Positions 1 to 9,735 are shown, numbered from the stretch's first letter. The stretch is 32,000 nucleotides of DNA from Ktedonobacterales bacterium (GCA_030167145.1 CP126532.1:4800001-4832000); one strand, 5' to 3'. The notes: generated by a model from the letters alone, not told the origin. Translations and numbers: made by a program.

Positions 1-1
1 G

Positions 2-94
2 CTCTATGAACTGCGTCGGCGCGGCGGCGGGCGTGGGCTGGCGACGCTCTGCCTGGGCGGCGGCGGCGCTGTAGCGCTCTCGATTGAGGTATAG
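2..94 (+). CDS. acetyl-CoA acetyltransferase (thiolase), C-terminal fragment; the gene begins upstream of the window
   Basis: Frame 2 is open from the window edge and reads [30 protein letters not shown], then TAG at 92-94. The Gly-rich LCxGGG tail with Cys is the conserved thiolase C-terminal catalytic motif. Confidence 0.6.
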   Translation, partial: LYELRRRGGGRGLATLCLGGGGAVALSIEV

Positions 95-116
95 GCGGCA
101 ACGGAGGAAAGTCACC

Positions 117-1880
117 ATGCTCGACCAGAAATCTCCCGCGACAGGGGCGGCTGAGGCGAACGGGACGGTCACATCCCCGCCGGAACAGGGCGATGGCGCG
201 CTTTACGCAGCCGATGCCGTCGCGAAGGTCGCCGAGGCGCAGCGCCAGTGGGAAGCCACCAGCGTCGCGCAGAGTACGAAGCGAATGCCCGAACGAACCG
301 CCGACTTCACCACGCAATCTGGCATGCCTATCAAACGACTGTACACCCCAGAGGATGTCGCCGGGCTAGATTATGCGCGCGACCTGAACTTCCCAGGCGA
401 ATATCCGTATACACGCGGCGTGCAGCCGACGATGTATCGCGGCAAACCGTGGACGATGCGCATGTTTGCAGGCTTTGGCACCGCCGAGGAGACGAATGAG
501 CGCTTCCACTATTTGCTGAATCAAGGGCAGATGGGCCTCTCGGTCGCCTTCGATATGGCGACGCTCTATGGCTACGATCACGACCACCCAATGGCGCTCG
601 GAGAGTTCGGCAAGTGTGGCGTGGCGGTGTCGTCACTGGCCGACATGGAGATTCTTTTCCAGGGCATCCCGCTGGACAAAGTCACGACTTCGATGACTAT
701 CAACAGTCCAGCGCCGGTGATCTGGGCGATGTATATCGCGGCGGCGGAGAAGCAGGGGGTGCCGATGGAGAAACTCGGCGGCACGCTCCAGAACGACATC
801 CTGAAAGAATACATCGCGCAGAAGGAATTCCTCTTCCCCCCGGAGCCTTCGATGCGGCTGGTGGTAGATACCATCGAATTTGGCACACGCCACATGCCCC
901 GCTGGAACACCGTCAGCATCAGCGGATACCACATTCGTGAGGCAGGCGCGACCGCCGTGCAAGAGTTGGCCTTCACGTTGGCGGACGGATTGGCCTATGT
1001 GGATGCGACGCTTGAGCGTGGCCTCAAGATTGACGAGTTCGCGCCCCGACTATCGTTCTTCTTCGACGTTCATAACGACTTCTTCGAGGAGATTGCCAAG
1101 TTCCGCGCTGCGCGTCGCATCTGGGCGCGTGAGATGCGCGAACACTATGACGCACAAGATCAGCGCTCGTGGATGCTACGGACGCACGCGCAAACTGCTG
1201 GTGTCTCGCTCACGGCCCAACAAGCGGAGATCAACGTCGCGCGTGTCGCCATCCAGGCGCTGGCGGCGGTGCTCGGTGGCACCAATTCGCTGCATACCAA
1301 CTCGCTCGATGAGGCGTTAGCGCTGCCCACGGAGAAAGCCGCGTTGATCGCGCTGCGCACGCAGCAGGTGATCGCGCATGAGAGTGGCATCACCAATACG
1401 GTGGATCCGCTCGCTGGCTCTTTCTTCATCGAAGCGCTGACCAATGAGACAGAGCGGCAAGCCACGGCATACATTCAGCAGATTCGCGAGCTGGGCGGCG
1501 TGTTGGAGTGTATTCGTAACGGCTTCTTCCAGAAGGAAATCGCCGAAGCGTCGTACCGACTCCAGCAGGAGGTCGAGGCAGGCGAGCGGATCATCGTTGG
1601 CGTCAACGATTATGTGATGGATGAGCAAACGCCGGTGCCGACTCTCTATGTGGATCCTGCCAAAGAGCGCATCCACCTGGAACGGTTGACCAGGGTGCGG
1701 AGCGAGCGCGACAACGAGCGGGTCGGCATGACACTCGCGGCGCTGGAAGCGGCAGCACGTGGCACAGAGAGCACGATGCCGTTCATTCTCGACGCGGTGC
1801 GCGCCTACGCTTCGCTTGGCGAAATCATGGGCGTCTTCCGCAAGGTCTTTGGTGACTACACCGAGGCAGTTGTGTACTAG
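117..1880 (+). CDS. icmA: B12-dependent acyl-CoA mutase large (substrate-binding) subunit, isobutyryl-CoA mutase IcmA-like (the type often auto-annotated as methylmalonyl-CoA mutase)
   Basis: ORF 84-1880. ATG at 117 follows GGAGG (103-107) with a 9-nt spacer. Family motifs occur along the whole length: [91 protein letters not shown]. The product is 587 aa with no C-terminal B12-binding domain, so this is a split large subunit. Phe (465-467) and Gln (819-821) sit at the positions of MutB Tyr89 and Arg207. Confidence 0.8.
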   Translation: MLDQKSPATGAAEANGTVTSPPEQGDGALYAADAVAKVAEAQRQWEATSVAQSTKRMPERTADFTTQSGMPIKRLYTPEDVAGLDYARDLNFPGEYPYTRGVQPTMYRGKPWTMRMFAGFGTAEETNERFHYLLNQGQMGLSVAFDMATLYGYDHDHPMALGEFGKCGVAVSSLADMEILFQGIPLDKVTTSMTINSPAPVIWAMYIAAAEKQGVPMEKLGGTLQNDILKEYIAQKEFLFPPEPSMRLVVDTIEFGTRHMPRWNTVSISGYHIREAGATAVQELAFTLADGLAYVDATLERGLKIDEFAPRLSFFFDVHNDFFEEIAKFRAARRIWAREMREHYDAQDQRSWMLRTHAQTAGVSLTAQQAEINVARVAIQALAAVLGGTNSLHTNSLDEALALPTEKAALIALRTQQVIAHESGITNTVDPLAGSFFIEALTNETERQATAYIQQIRELGGVLECIRNGFFQKEIAEASYRLQQEVEAGERIIVGVNDYVMDEQTPVPTLYVDPAKERIHLERLTRVRSERDNERVGMTLAALEAAARGTESTMPFILDAVRAYASLGEIMGVFRKVFGDYTEAVVY

Positions 1881-1934
1881 GTGTGCCGTCCCTGGTTGTG
1901 GTGTCCGCCAGTCTGACGATTTCGCCACAAATGA

Positions 1935-1972
1935 ACGAGGGCGACCAAGCGTACATTGCTGATCGCCCTCGT
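1935..1972. terminator. GC-rich hairpin between convergent genes (possible bidirectional terminator)
   Basis: AACGAGGGCGA (1935-1944) pairs with TCGCCCTCGT (1963-1972), giving about 10 bp with an 18-nt loop. It lies in the 107-nt gap between the mutase stop and the stop of the 705-aa ORF. There is no clean U-tract on either side. Confidence 0.35.
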
Positions 1973-1987
1973 GCCGTGTAACCTGCG

Positions 1988-4105
1988 CTACTGCGCCCCT
2001 GGCGTCTCGGAGTCGCCTATATCCGTGAAGTCGGACAGGAGATCGCTTGCGTTCATCGAGCCAAGTGCAGGTAGGTTGTCTTCGGCGGTCGACTTGGCGA
2101 CTTCGCCGGAAGATGGAAATGGTGTGACATCAGCGAGTGGCTGGATAGGTCGCGAGGGCATACCTCCCGGCATGTTTTCCTGGGCAAGCGGCCGAGATGA
2201 CGCAGCCTGCCCGACCTCTGGCATGCCCGGCAGTGGCATATTCGTTCCGGCAATCTGCTGTAGTTGTTCCACATTGCCACGCACAGCCTCAAGTGCGCCA
2301 CGGAACCACGCGAGATTCACGTCCACAGAGCTTAGCTTCTTCGCCTGCACACCTAGATCCCTGACGAACTGGTTGAACTGACGGTCAAGCGATGTCGCCT
2401 CTCTTTCCGCCTGTTCCAGCAATGTCCATGCTTCAATTAGTTCCGGCGGCACAGCGCCAGCTTCGCCAGCCGGAGGGGCGCTCTCCTGTTGCGTGAGAGC
2501 GGAGGGCACGGCTGCGCTGGCTTCGGGAGCGCCTTCAGACTGAACGGCGGGCAGTGGCACGGTCATCGGGACAATACCATCGCCATTAGCGTCCGCCTCC
2601 TCCGATCCGAGCACGGGGAAGGTGCCGGTATACCCTGGCGTTGCCAGGTTTAGGTCGCGGCCCAGACCGCGAAAATCCTCGTTCCCGCTGGCGTCCGTCG
2701 CGGGCATCTCGCGCAAAGCGGGAGCGCCGCTGGTGAGGCTTTCGGGCAGCAGGCCACTCAGGATGCGTTGCGCCTGGTGTAGCAGCGCCACTTCTTGGTC
2801 GGCGGAGGCGAGTACTTTATCTGACAACGCAATCAATGCGCCGTCAATTTGCTGCGCCTCCTTCACCGCATCCACGGTCTCATCGAGCGGGGCGCGAGCG
2901 TGCGTCAGTGCTCTGACTACCTCGCTCACGGTGCGCTGTATGCGCCCAAGACGCTGTGTGAGGCTTGCCTGTAATTGTGTGAGGTAGACGGCAACGCTAT
3001 CCAGTGTGGTGTTGGTCATGATGGGCAGACTTGTGGGTGTGGGCGTGCCGTCGGTCATGCCCATCAACGCCTCAAGCATTGGCAGCGCGGCGGCATCCAC
3101 ACGCAACCGCGCTTGCTCTGCACGCGACGCCTCTTCCAGCCGCTGAAGCAATAAGTTCAGGCTGTCGGCGAGAGGCGCAAGCTGCATATTGTTGACTTCA
3201 GCACGTGCCATTGGCTCGCCAGTCAACGCATGAGCAATAGTAAGCTGGAGACCGCCGACGGTTTGGTCCAGTTGGCGCTGCTGCTCTTCCACAGCGCTGG
3301 CAAGTGATTCGAGCCGGACGTGCGAAAATTGGAGTTCCCGACTCTTCTGCCCTTCTACTACACTGTCCCCAATATAGATTGAAAATAGCCAGGCAAGCAG
3401 CCCAGACAGGGCTTGGAGTCCGAGCGTATAGACGACGAGCAGATAGGCTTCATTATTGCTGACCGAGCTATCGAGCGACAATGCGAAGAGGATGGCGAAC
3501 GCAGAGATAGCCGTGGTGACAAAAGCCATAATGAGCGCTGCCTCGGGTGCGAAAAGCAACCCTGACTCAAGGATGAGCGCGATGAAGAGCAGCGAGGCAT
3601 GTGCGGCATCAAACGGCGACCCGTTGACAGCCAGGGCAATGGTCTGCGCCACGACCGCGACAGTGCCGCCAAAGACCAGAATATAGGCGCTGCTCGTAGG
3701 GCGATGAAACAATGAATTCGCGCACAGCGCGGCGATGTAGATCACCAGGGCAGCAGCGCCTGCCGCGATAGGGAAAACCGGCTCCTTCGAGCCGACATAT
3801 CCCACCGAAGCGGCGAGCGTTATCAGCGCTTGCGCCATAATCAGGATGCTGATGAGGCGTGAGCGTTGCCGATCACGCTCGGCAACTGATGCTAGCGTCC
3901 GCCGAATCAACTGGGGAAGAGATGGCTGCGAGTTGGAGAGCGCCACTGTTGGGCGCGCTCTGCGTGGCCCTGGTTGGACATGTTTTCGCTGATTATTCAT
4001 TATCAAGTTCGCGAACGTTGCCATATCGCCAAAGGTGAGCCGTGATGTGGCAACCTTCGCGCCTCCTTTGAGCACTGGTGGCTTGCCCGCGTCAGAATGT
4101 GCCAA
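1988..4105 (-). CDS. hypothetical polytopic membrane protein with long coiled-coil-like and acidic Pro/Ser-rich C-terminal region
   Basis: 705-codon ORF. About six hydrophobic helices lie between residues 95 and 265 (for example LISILIMAQALITLAASVGYV, YILVFGGTVAVVAQTIALAV, ALIMAFVTTAISAFAILFAL). They are followed by Q/L/E/A-rich heptad-like sequence and a low-complexity tail. No family recognised. The start is uncertain. Confidence 0.6.
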   Translation of the reverse strand: MAHSDAGKPPVLKGGAKVATSRLTFGDMATFANLIMNNQRKHVQPGPRRARPTVALSNSQPSLPQLIRRTLASVAERDRQRSRLISILIMAQALITLAASVGYVGSKEPVFPIAAGAAALVIYIAALCANSLFHRPTSSAYILVFGGTVAVVAQTIALAVNGSPFDAAHASLLFIALILESGLLFAPEAALIMAFVTTAISAFAILFALSLDSSVSNNEAYLLVVYTLGLQALSGLLAWLFSIYIGDSVVEGQKSRELQFSHVRLESLASAVEEQQRQLDQTVGGLQLTIAHALTGEPMARAEVNNMQLAPLADSLNLLLQRLEEASRAEQARLRVDAAALPMLEALMGMTDGTPTPTSLPIMTNTTLDSVAVYLTQLQASLTQRLGRIQRTVSEVVRALTHARAPLDETVDAVKEAQQIDGALIALSDKVLASADQEVALLHQAQRILSGLLPESLTSGAPALREMPATDASGNEDFRGLGRDLNLATPGYTGTFPVLGSEEADANGDGIVPMTVPLPAVQSEGAPEASAAVPSALTQQESAPPAGEAGAVPPELIEAWTLLEQAEREATSLDRQFNQFVRDLGVQAKKLSSVDVNLAWFRGALEAVRGNVEQLQQIAGTNMPLPGMPEVGQAASSRPLAQENMPGGMPSRPIQPLADVTPFPSSGEVAKSTAEDNLPALGSMNASDLLSDFTDIGDSETPGAQ

Positions 4106-4391
4106 TCAGGCGCAAGCAAGGCGCGTTTGCCGCTACCCCGATGATTGCCAATAGCTGAGCTACCATGGGAAGCATGGTGAGTTGTATTCTAGGGGAGGAA
4201 GCGCCACATAGCAAGAGCACACGGACTCTTGGCATATACGCGGGTACGCTTGTTGCGTATGCTGGAGTGACATAACAGCCCAAATGATGGGTGGATACGC
4301 GCCGCCACTGAGCTACACAGCAGGCTGTAACTTCGGCGGGTAGAGCGTGCGGTACAAGTCGCAGACTTCAGTGGAAAGGCAAAGTGGACGG

Positions 4392-5912
4392 ATGACGAAG
4401 TACATACTGGCGCTTGACCAGGGCACAACCAGTTCCCGGGCGATCCTCTTCGATGCTGCTGGCGCTCCTAAGTATGTGGCGCAGCGCGAGTTTCCGCAGA
4501 TCTTTCCGGCTCCAGGATTAGTTGAGCACAACCCCGAAGACATCTGGGCTACGCAGATCGGCGTTGCGCAAGAAGTCGTGCGCCAGTCTGGCGTCGCGCC
4601 AGCAGACATCGTGGGCATCGGCATCACTAATCAGCGCGAGACGGTTATTGTCTGGGAACGCGCCACTGGTCAACCCATCCACAATGCCATCGTCTGGCAG
4701 AGCAGGCTCACCGCGCCGATTTGCGACAACCTGAAGCGGCGCGGCCTTGAGCCGCTGTTCCGTGAAAAGACCGGGCTGGTCATAGATCCGTATTTTTCCG
4801 GAACCAAGGTCAAGTGGCTACTGGACAACGTGCCTGGCGCGCGTGAGCGCGCGGAGCGCGGCGAATTGCTCTTCGGCACGGTAGACACGTTCTTGATGTG
4901 GCGTCTTTCGGGTGGACGGGCGCATGTGACCGATTACTCCAACGCTTCGCGCACGCTGCTCTTCAATATCCACACGCTGGATTGGGACGACGACCTATTG
5001 CGCGAACTGGATGTGCCGCGTGCGATGTTGCCGCGTGTGCTGCCATCCAGTCACATCTACGCGCAGTGCGATCCGCGCTATTTTGGCGCGCCGATTCCCA
5101 TCGCGGGCGACGCGGGCGATCAGCAAGCCGCGACCTTCGGGCAGGCATGCTTCGTGCCGGGAATGGCGAAGAACACCTACGGTACCGGGTGTTTCCTGCT
5201 CCTCAACACGGGCGTCCAGGCGCATGCATCGCAGAATGGGTTGCTCACGACGATTGGCTGGGCGTTGGGCGATCCTGACCGGCCGCAAGTAACCTACGCG
5301 CTGGAGGGCAGTGTCTTCATCGCTGGTGCAGCAGTGCAGTGGCTCCGCGATGGGCTGGGTATCATCCAGAAGAGCGAAGATGTCGAGCAACTGGCTCTCT
5401 CGACGCCCGATACCGGAGGGGTGTACGTTGTGCCCGCCTTTGTGGGATTGGGCGCGCCCTACTGGGATGCACGTGCGCGCGGTGGCATCTTAGGGCTGAC
5501 GCGGGGCACGACGAAAGCGCATATTGCCCGCGCTGTCATCGAAGCCATGGCCTATCAAACACGCGATGTCGTCGAGGCGATGGAAGCTGACAGCGGCACG
5601 CGCTTGAAGGCCATGCGTGTGGATGGCGGCGCAGCAGCTAATGACCTGCTGATGCGCTTTCAGGCGGACATGCTGGGTGTGCCTGTGCAGCGTCCGAAAG
5701 TACATGAGACCACCGCGCTCGGCGCCGCCTATCTGGCGGGCCTGGCGACCGGCTTCTGGCGCGACCAGCAAGAACTGGCCGCGCACTGGACGCTTGACCA
5801 CGAGTTTGCACCCACCATGGCCCGGCCAACGCGCGATCAACTCTATCGGGGCTGGCAGAAAGCCGTGAATCGTGTACGCGAGTGGGAAGATGACGACGCC
5901 CACAAGTCGTAG
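4392..5912 (+). CDS. glpK: glycerol kinase
   Basis: [21 protein letters not shown] is the FGGY N-terminal signature. Also present are [37 protein letters not shown] and GTGCFLL. Length from the ATG at 4392 is 506 aa; the ORF track begins at 4347. Confidence 0.92.
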   Translation: MTKYILALDQGTTSSRAILFDAAGAPKYVAQREFPQIFPAPGLVEHNPEDIWATQIGVAQEVVRQSGVAPADIVGIGITNQRETVIVWERATGQPIHNAIVWQSRLTAPICDNLKRRGLEPLFREKTGLVIDPYFSGTKVKWLLDNVPGARERAERGELLFGTVDTFLMWRLSGGRAHVTDYSNASRTLLFNIHTLDWDDDLLRELDVPRAMLPRVLPSSHIYAQCDPRYFGAPIPIAGDAGDQQAATFGQACFVPGMAKNTYGTGCFLLLNTGVQAHASQNGLLTTIGWALGDPDRPQVTYALEGSVFIAGAAVQWLRDGLGIIQKSEDVEQLALSTPDTGGVYVVPAFVGLGAPYWDARARGGILGLTRGTTKAHIARAVIEAMAYQTRDVVEAMEADSGTRLKAMRVDGGAAANDLLMRFQADMLGVPVQRPKVHETTALGAAYLAGLATGFWRDQQELAAHWTLDHEFAPTMARPTRDQLYRGWQKAVNRVREWEDDDAHKS

Positions 5913-5920
5913 TGTGATGT

Positions 5921-6847
5921 CTAGGGTTGCGTTGGCGGCGGGTAGCTGCTGTTCGAATCGTATGGGTTGGATGGATTGCTGCTCCACGGTTGCCCGCCAG
6001 GCATGGTCGTCTCAGTTGGCGAAGACGTATATGGCATGCTCGGCGGTATGCTTGGAGATATGCTCGCTCCCGCATACGCAGCGACGGGCGCTGGTTGCGC
6101 TGCCCGAGTTCGGCGGCGCATCATCACGAAGACCACTCCGCCCGTGATCAGCAGGAGCAACAGAATCGCGCCGCCAACCATCGGCACAATCACCGCGGTG
6201 TTAACGCCACCACCCACTACATCAATATCGGCCTGCTCGCCAAAGTGAACCAGATAGGTGACGGTATTGCCCTGCACTGTGCCGCCGCTATGCGACGTAA
6301 CCCAGCCAGGCATCGTCACGGCGAAACTCTCGTGCGCATCCTTCATTACGGACGAGAGATCAACACCATTTGAACTAGTATCACCCGGCACCACCAGACT
6401 AATGTGCCCCATCACGTGAAAGGTATTGCTGAAAAAGCCAGGTTGCTCCGAGAACGTGAACGAGTCGTTCGTCGCCTGCGACGCGCCAGACGTGCCGGTC
6501 AATCCGCTCGTGTCACTGGATTGCGGCATGTCAGTGATGAACTTGTTCAGATCCGCGACACTCTTGTACGGGCGCGTATACGCCCAGTAACTGTAGCCGG
6601 TGTCGTCATAGTGGCGATACGAGCCACCTTCTTGCTTGACCTTCGCGCCATAATCATCCATCGTCTTGGTGCTCTGGTCCGCCGCGAGGCTCACGACCTG
6701 CTCAGAATAGCCGATGGTAAGGGTATAGGTGCCGGACCCATCGCCGTTGATGGCGACGTTACGCTCGACATGCACACAGCCAGACAGCGCTATGGCAAAG
6801 AGCAGAAGAAGGCCAAGGACTGCGCTACGGCGCAGAGATAAATGCAC
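5921..6847 (-). CDS. putative lipoprotein with additional C-terminal transmembrane anchor and Pro/Ser/Tyr-rich tail
   Basis: GTG at 6847 follows AGGAG with an 8-nt spacer and gives VHLSLRRSAVLGLLLLFAIALSGC: an RR n-region, a hydrophobic core and lipobox LSGC. Near the C-terminus is the TM helix AVIVPMVGGAILLLLLITGGVVFVMM, then RRRTR, then a Pro-rich tail. The longest ORF extends to 6907. Confidence 0.6.
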   Translation of the reverse strand: MHLSLRRSAVLGLLLLFAIALSGCVHVERNVAINGDGSGTYTLTIGYSEQVVSLAADQSTKTMDDYGAKVKQEGGSYRHYDDTGYSYWAYTRPYKSVADLNKFITDMPQSSDTSGLTGTSGASQATNDSFTFSEQPGFFSNTFHVMGHISLVVPGDTSSNGVDLSSVMKDAHESFAVTMPGWVTSHSGGTVQGNTVTYLVHFGEQADIDVVGGGVNTAVIVPMVGGAILLLLLITGGVVFVMMRRRTRAAQPAPVAAYAGASISPSIPPSMPYTSSPTETTMPGGQPWSSNPSNPYDSNSSYPPPTQP

Positions 6848-6987
6848 GTGCGGTACTCCTATGCTGTGGGCCAGAACGGCCTGCTGAATGCGTCCATGAA
6901 CACGCATCTCAGTTCACAAAGACGAACGAAAGGAATAATCGTAGCGTGAGATGAAGTGTAGCCATCCTATCGGTGGACGAAGGGCGG

Positions 6988-7749
6988 CTACCGTGCTTGA
7001 GCGGTCTGCCCGCGTTCCCGCAGCACAATCGAGGTGAACGGCACGCGAAACACCGTGAAGACATCCAGGCTGATAAGCAGGCCACCGAGCAAAAACAGCG
7101 CGCCGAGGAACTCGCCGAGCGCTGCGCCGCCGCTGTAGCCCAGCCGCTGCAAGCCGGTGGTGAGGCTGGGAACGACTGCGCCCAGCGCGAGCAGTGCCAT
7201 CGAAAGCACACGATAGCCGGGCGCGCGCTTGCGAATAAAGGCATACGCGCTCCAAGCCGCGCCACCGAAGAGGAAGAGCGCACCGGGAATATTCATCAGG
7301 ATGGCGACTACGGTTAAGTCGCCCGGAAGCACGGGAAAGTTTTTCACGTCTGTCACCTGTGCGGTGGTGCTCGTGGCCAGCTTTGCGGCGGTCTCCGATG
7401 GGACTGCGTACAGGAAGATGCGCACTGCGGCATAGATCGAGATAAGCGCCGCGATTGCCATTAACACATGCGCGACACGGCGCGGCCCAAGCAGATAGAA
7501 TGAGCCGAGGCCAAGGTATGCCGCCGTCAGTATGCCTCCGAAGAAGTACCAGAGCTTGTATTCGGATACCGACCAGAAATTGGCGCTTCCGGCGAATGCG
7601 GCGGCGGCGGCGATGCCATAGAAGAGCAAGCCGAGTGTCCAAACCAGTTTGTACGGACGAGGGCGATGTAGATGTTGATCGAAGATGAAGATGGCGGCAA
7701 TGAACGCCGAGATGGCTGCGAGCAACTCGAAGATGGCGGTCGAGGACAT
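6988..7749 (-). CDS. hypothetical integral membrane protein (about 8 TM helices)
   Basis: 253-aa ORF that is almost entirely hydrophobic helices. Its ATG at 7749 lies 3 nt after the hemD stop, with GAAGGAG inside the hemD 3' end at an 8-nt spacer. No family recognised. Confidence 0.6.
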   Translation of the reverse strand: MSSTAIFELLAAISAFIAAIFIFDQHLHRPRPYKLVWTLGLLFYGIAAAAAFAGSANFWSVSEYKLWYFFGGILTAAYLGLGSFYLLGPRRVAHVLMAIAALISIYAAVRIFLYAVPSETAAKLATSTTAQVTDVKNFPVLPGDLTVVAILMNIPGALFLFGGAAWSAYAFIRKRAPGYRVLSMALLALGAVVPSLTTGLQRLGYSGGAALGEFLGALFLLGGLLISLDVFTVFRVPFTSIVLRERGQTAQAR

Positions 7750-7752
7750 GCG

Positions 7753-8586
7753 CTACACTCCTTCTGGCCCTGAAGATACCGGTGAAAAGTAGGCGATAAT
7801 CGCGCGGAGAAGCCCAGGAATAGTATAGTCGGTGGCGCAAATGGCTGGTGCAAGGCCGAATGTGCGTACGGTCTCCGCTGTGATGGGGCCGATGCAGGCG
7901 AGGATAATACCCGCGAGCGCTTGATCTGGTGCGCGCCCTTGCGCGCCGATGCTCTCCATTAATCCCGTGACCGTTGAAGAACTGGTGAAGGTGATAACAT
8001 CTGGTCGGTCATCTTCGAGCAGACGCCGCAGCGCCACAGGGTCGGCGTGTTGGGGAATCGTGCGATACGCCGCGATTTCGACGACCTCCGCGCCCCGCAC
8101 CCGCAGCGCGTCCGCAAGTGCTCGGCGCGCGATGTCGGCACGGGCAAGCAATACGCGCTGACCGGCGACATTGCCCAGCCCAACAAGAATCGCCTCAGCC
8201 ACATATTCGTCCGGCATGTAGTCGGGTGTCACGCCCTGTTCTTCGAGAGCGTGGGCCGTTGCCGGGCCAATCACCGCGATTCGCGCTCGTCCGCGCGTCT
8301 CCCAGCCCAGCCCCAGCGCCGTGAGCCGGTCGGCGACGGCATGCACGCCATTCGCGCTGGTCAGTATCGTCCAATCAAACGTGGCGAGGTTTGCGAGCGC
8401 ATGGTCTAGATCAGTTGTATCTGCCGCCGATGCAATGGCGATAGTTGGGAGTGTCACTACCCGTGCGCCTGCCGCTTCGAGCTGTTCGGCGAATGCAGGC
8501 GCTTGTTCAGATGGCCGCGTTATGGCGATGCACCGCCCCGCCAGCGGTGACCTGGCATGTTGATCTCTATCCATATCTGCTCGCAT
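7753..8586 (-). CDS. hemD: uroporphyrinogen-III synthase
   Basis: The N-terminus LAGRCIAITRPSEQAPAFAEQLEAAGARVVTLPTIAI and the two-lobe repeat pattern (WTILTSANGV ... VITFTSSSTV) are typical of HemD. It lies directly downstream of hemC. The ATG at 8586 is chosen because the upstream part of the ORF overlaps hemC; 8574 is an alternative start. Confidence 0.75.
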   Translation of the reverse strand: MRADMDRDQHARSPLAGRCIAITRPSEQAPAFAEQLEAAGARVVTLPTIAIASAADTTDLDHALANLATFDWTILTSANGVHAVADRLTALGLGWETRGRARIAVIGPATAHALEEQGVTPDYMPDEYVAEAILVGLGNVAGQRVLLARADIARRALADALRVRGAEVVEIAAYRTIPQHADPVALRRLLEDDRPDVITFTSSSTVTGLMESIGAQGRAPDQALAGIILACIGPITAETVRTFGLAPAICATDYTIPGLLRAIIAYFSPVSSGPEGV

Positions 8587-8605
8587 TCCCTCTAGACTGC
8601 CGCTG

Positions 8606-9610
8606 TCATACCAGGATTTCGCGCAGGATGTCCGCTCCGCCCTGGCGTAGCAATTCTCGCGCAACCGAGCGCCCCAGGGCCGCCGAACGCCGCAATGGCC
8701 CCTCGCGCTCGACTCGCACGAGCCGCTGCCCATCCAGGCTGGCGACGACGGCGATCAGATGGAGTGACACGCCATCAGCCGTTATCTGCGCGTGTGCGCC
8801 GAGCGGCACCTGGCAGCCGCCACCCAGCGCCGCTAGCACTGCGCGCTCAGCGGTGACTGCCTGTCGCGTGGCGGGATCGTCAATCTGGCGCAGCAGCTTG
8901 CGCGTATGGGTATCGCTGGCGCGCGTCTCTACTGCCAGCGCGCCCTGACCAACGGCGGGCACGAGGCGTTCCACTGGCAACAGCTCTGTGATATGGCCGT
9001 CCAATCCCAACCGCCGCAAGCCTGCTGCAGCCAGGACAATAGCATCGGGTCCGTCCGGAGCCAGCGCCTTGCGTAGCCGTGTATCTACATTCCCGCGAAT
9101 ATCCACAATTTGGAGGTCAGGACGCAGGTGCAGCAATTGCGCCCGGCGGCGCAGGCTGCTGGTGGCCACAACCGCGCCCTGTGGCAATGCATCGAGAGTC
9201 AATCCCGAACGCGAGACCAGCGCGTCACGCGGGTCTTCGCGCGCTGGCACCGCAGCCAGCGTGAGACGCGCATCAAGTGTGCCCGGCAGATCTTTCAGGC
9301 TATGGACGGCGGCGTCAATCGGACGTTCTGTAGCGACCTCGCGCTCGGCGCTGACCAATGCGCGGTCATGCATTGCGTGAACCGCGACATCCAGGTCGCC
9401 CGCCAGCAGGGCGCGCTCTAGCTCAGCGACGAACATGGATTTATCGCCGAGTTGCGTCAGTGGGACCTGCGAGTCCTGTGTGCGGTCGCCCTTCGTGGTC
9501 AGTGTCTCGATTTGGAACGCCACGCCTGGAACGCGAGAACGCAGGCGCGCGACTACCCAGTTCGTCTGCCACAGCGCCAGCGCTGAGCCGCGGGTGCCCA
9601 CCGTCATCAT
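8606..9610 (-). CDS. hemC: hydroxymethylbilane synthase (porphobilinogen deaminase)
   Basis: Motifs VGTRGSALALWQT, TKGD, FVAELE, AVHSLKDLP, RGNVDTRL, and GGCQVPLGAHA (the dipyrromethane-cofactor Cys). The ATG-ATG at 9610 matches homologue N-termini. The ORF track starts at GTG 9685, which remains possible. Confidence 0.9.
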   Translation of the reverse strand: MMTVGTRGSALALWQTNWVVARLRSRVPGVAFQIETLTTKGDRTQDSQVPLTQLGDKSMFVAELERALLAGDLDVAVHAMHDRALVSAEREVATERPIDAAVHSLKDLPGTLDARLTLAAVPAREDPRDALVSRSGLTLDALPQGAVVATSSLRRRAQLLHLRPDLQIVDIRGNVDTRLRKALAPDGPDAIVLAAAGLRRLGLDGHITELLPVERLVPAVGQGALAVETRASDTHTRKLLRQIDDPATRQAVTAERAVLAALGGGCQVPLGAHAQITADGVSLHLIAVVASLDGQRLVRVEREGPLRRSAALGRSVARELLRQGGADILREILV

Positions 9611-9735
9611 GGCGTTGCCTTGCGCATGCCGCGCCTGTGGCGCCGCTGTCTGTGTAGTGGGGGAATCAACCTTCACGGATAGCACATCCTCTTTATTCCA
9701 TTGTGCGGTAACTCTTCATGCGTCCACACACTGAG

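Noticed and set aside
4296-4312. GCCACTG, reminiscent of the cobalamin-riboswitch B12 box, upstream of glpK
   Set aside because: None of the other conserved cobalamin-riboswitch elements is visible. The downstream gene (glycerol kinase) has no B12 link. The B12-dependent mutase in the window has only a 22-nt upstream gap.
4155-4316. Two tRNA D-arm-like strings on the minus strand in the glpK upstream region. CCACTGAGCTAC at 4305-4316 is identical over 12 nt to the tRNA-Arg gene; CTGAGCTAC occurs at 4155-4163.
   Set aside because: I could not build an acceptor stem, a matching D-stem, an anticodon arm or a T-arm around either string. At best they are decayed tRNA fragments; they may be chance matches.
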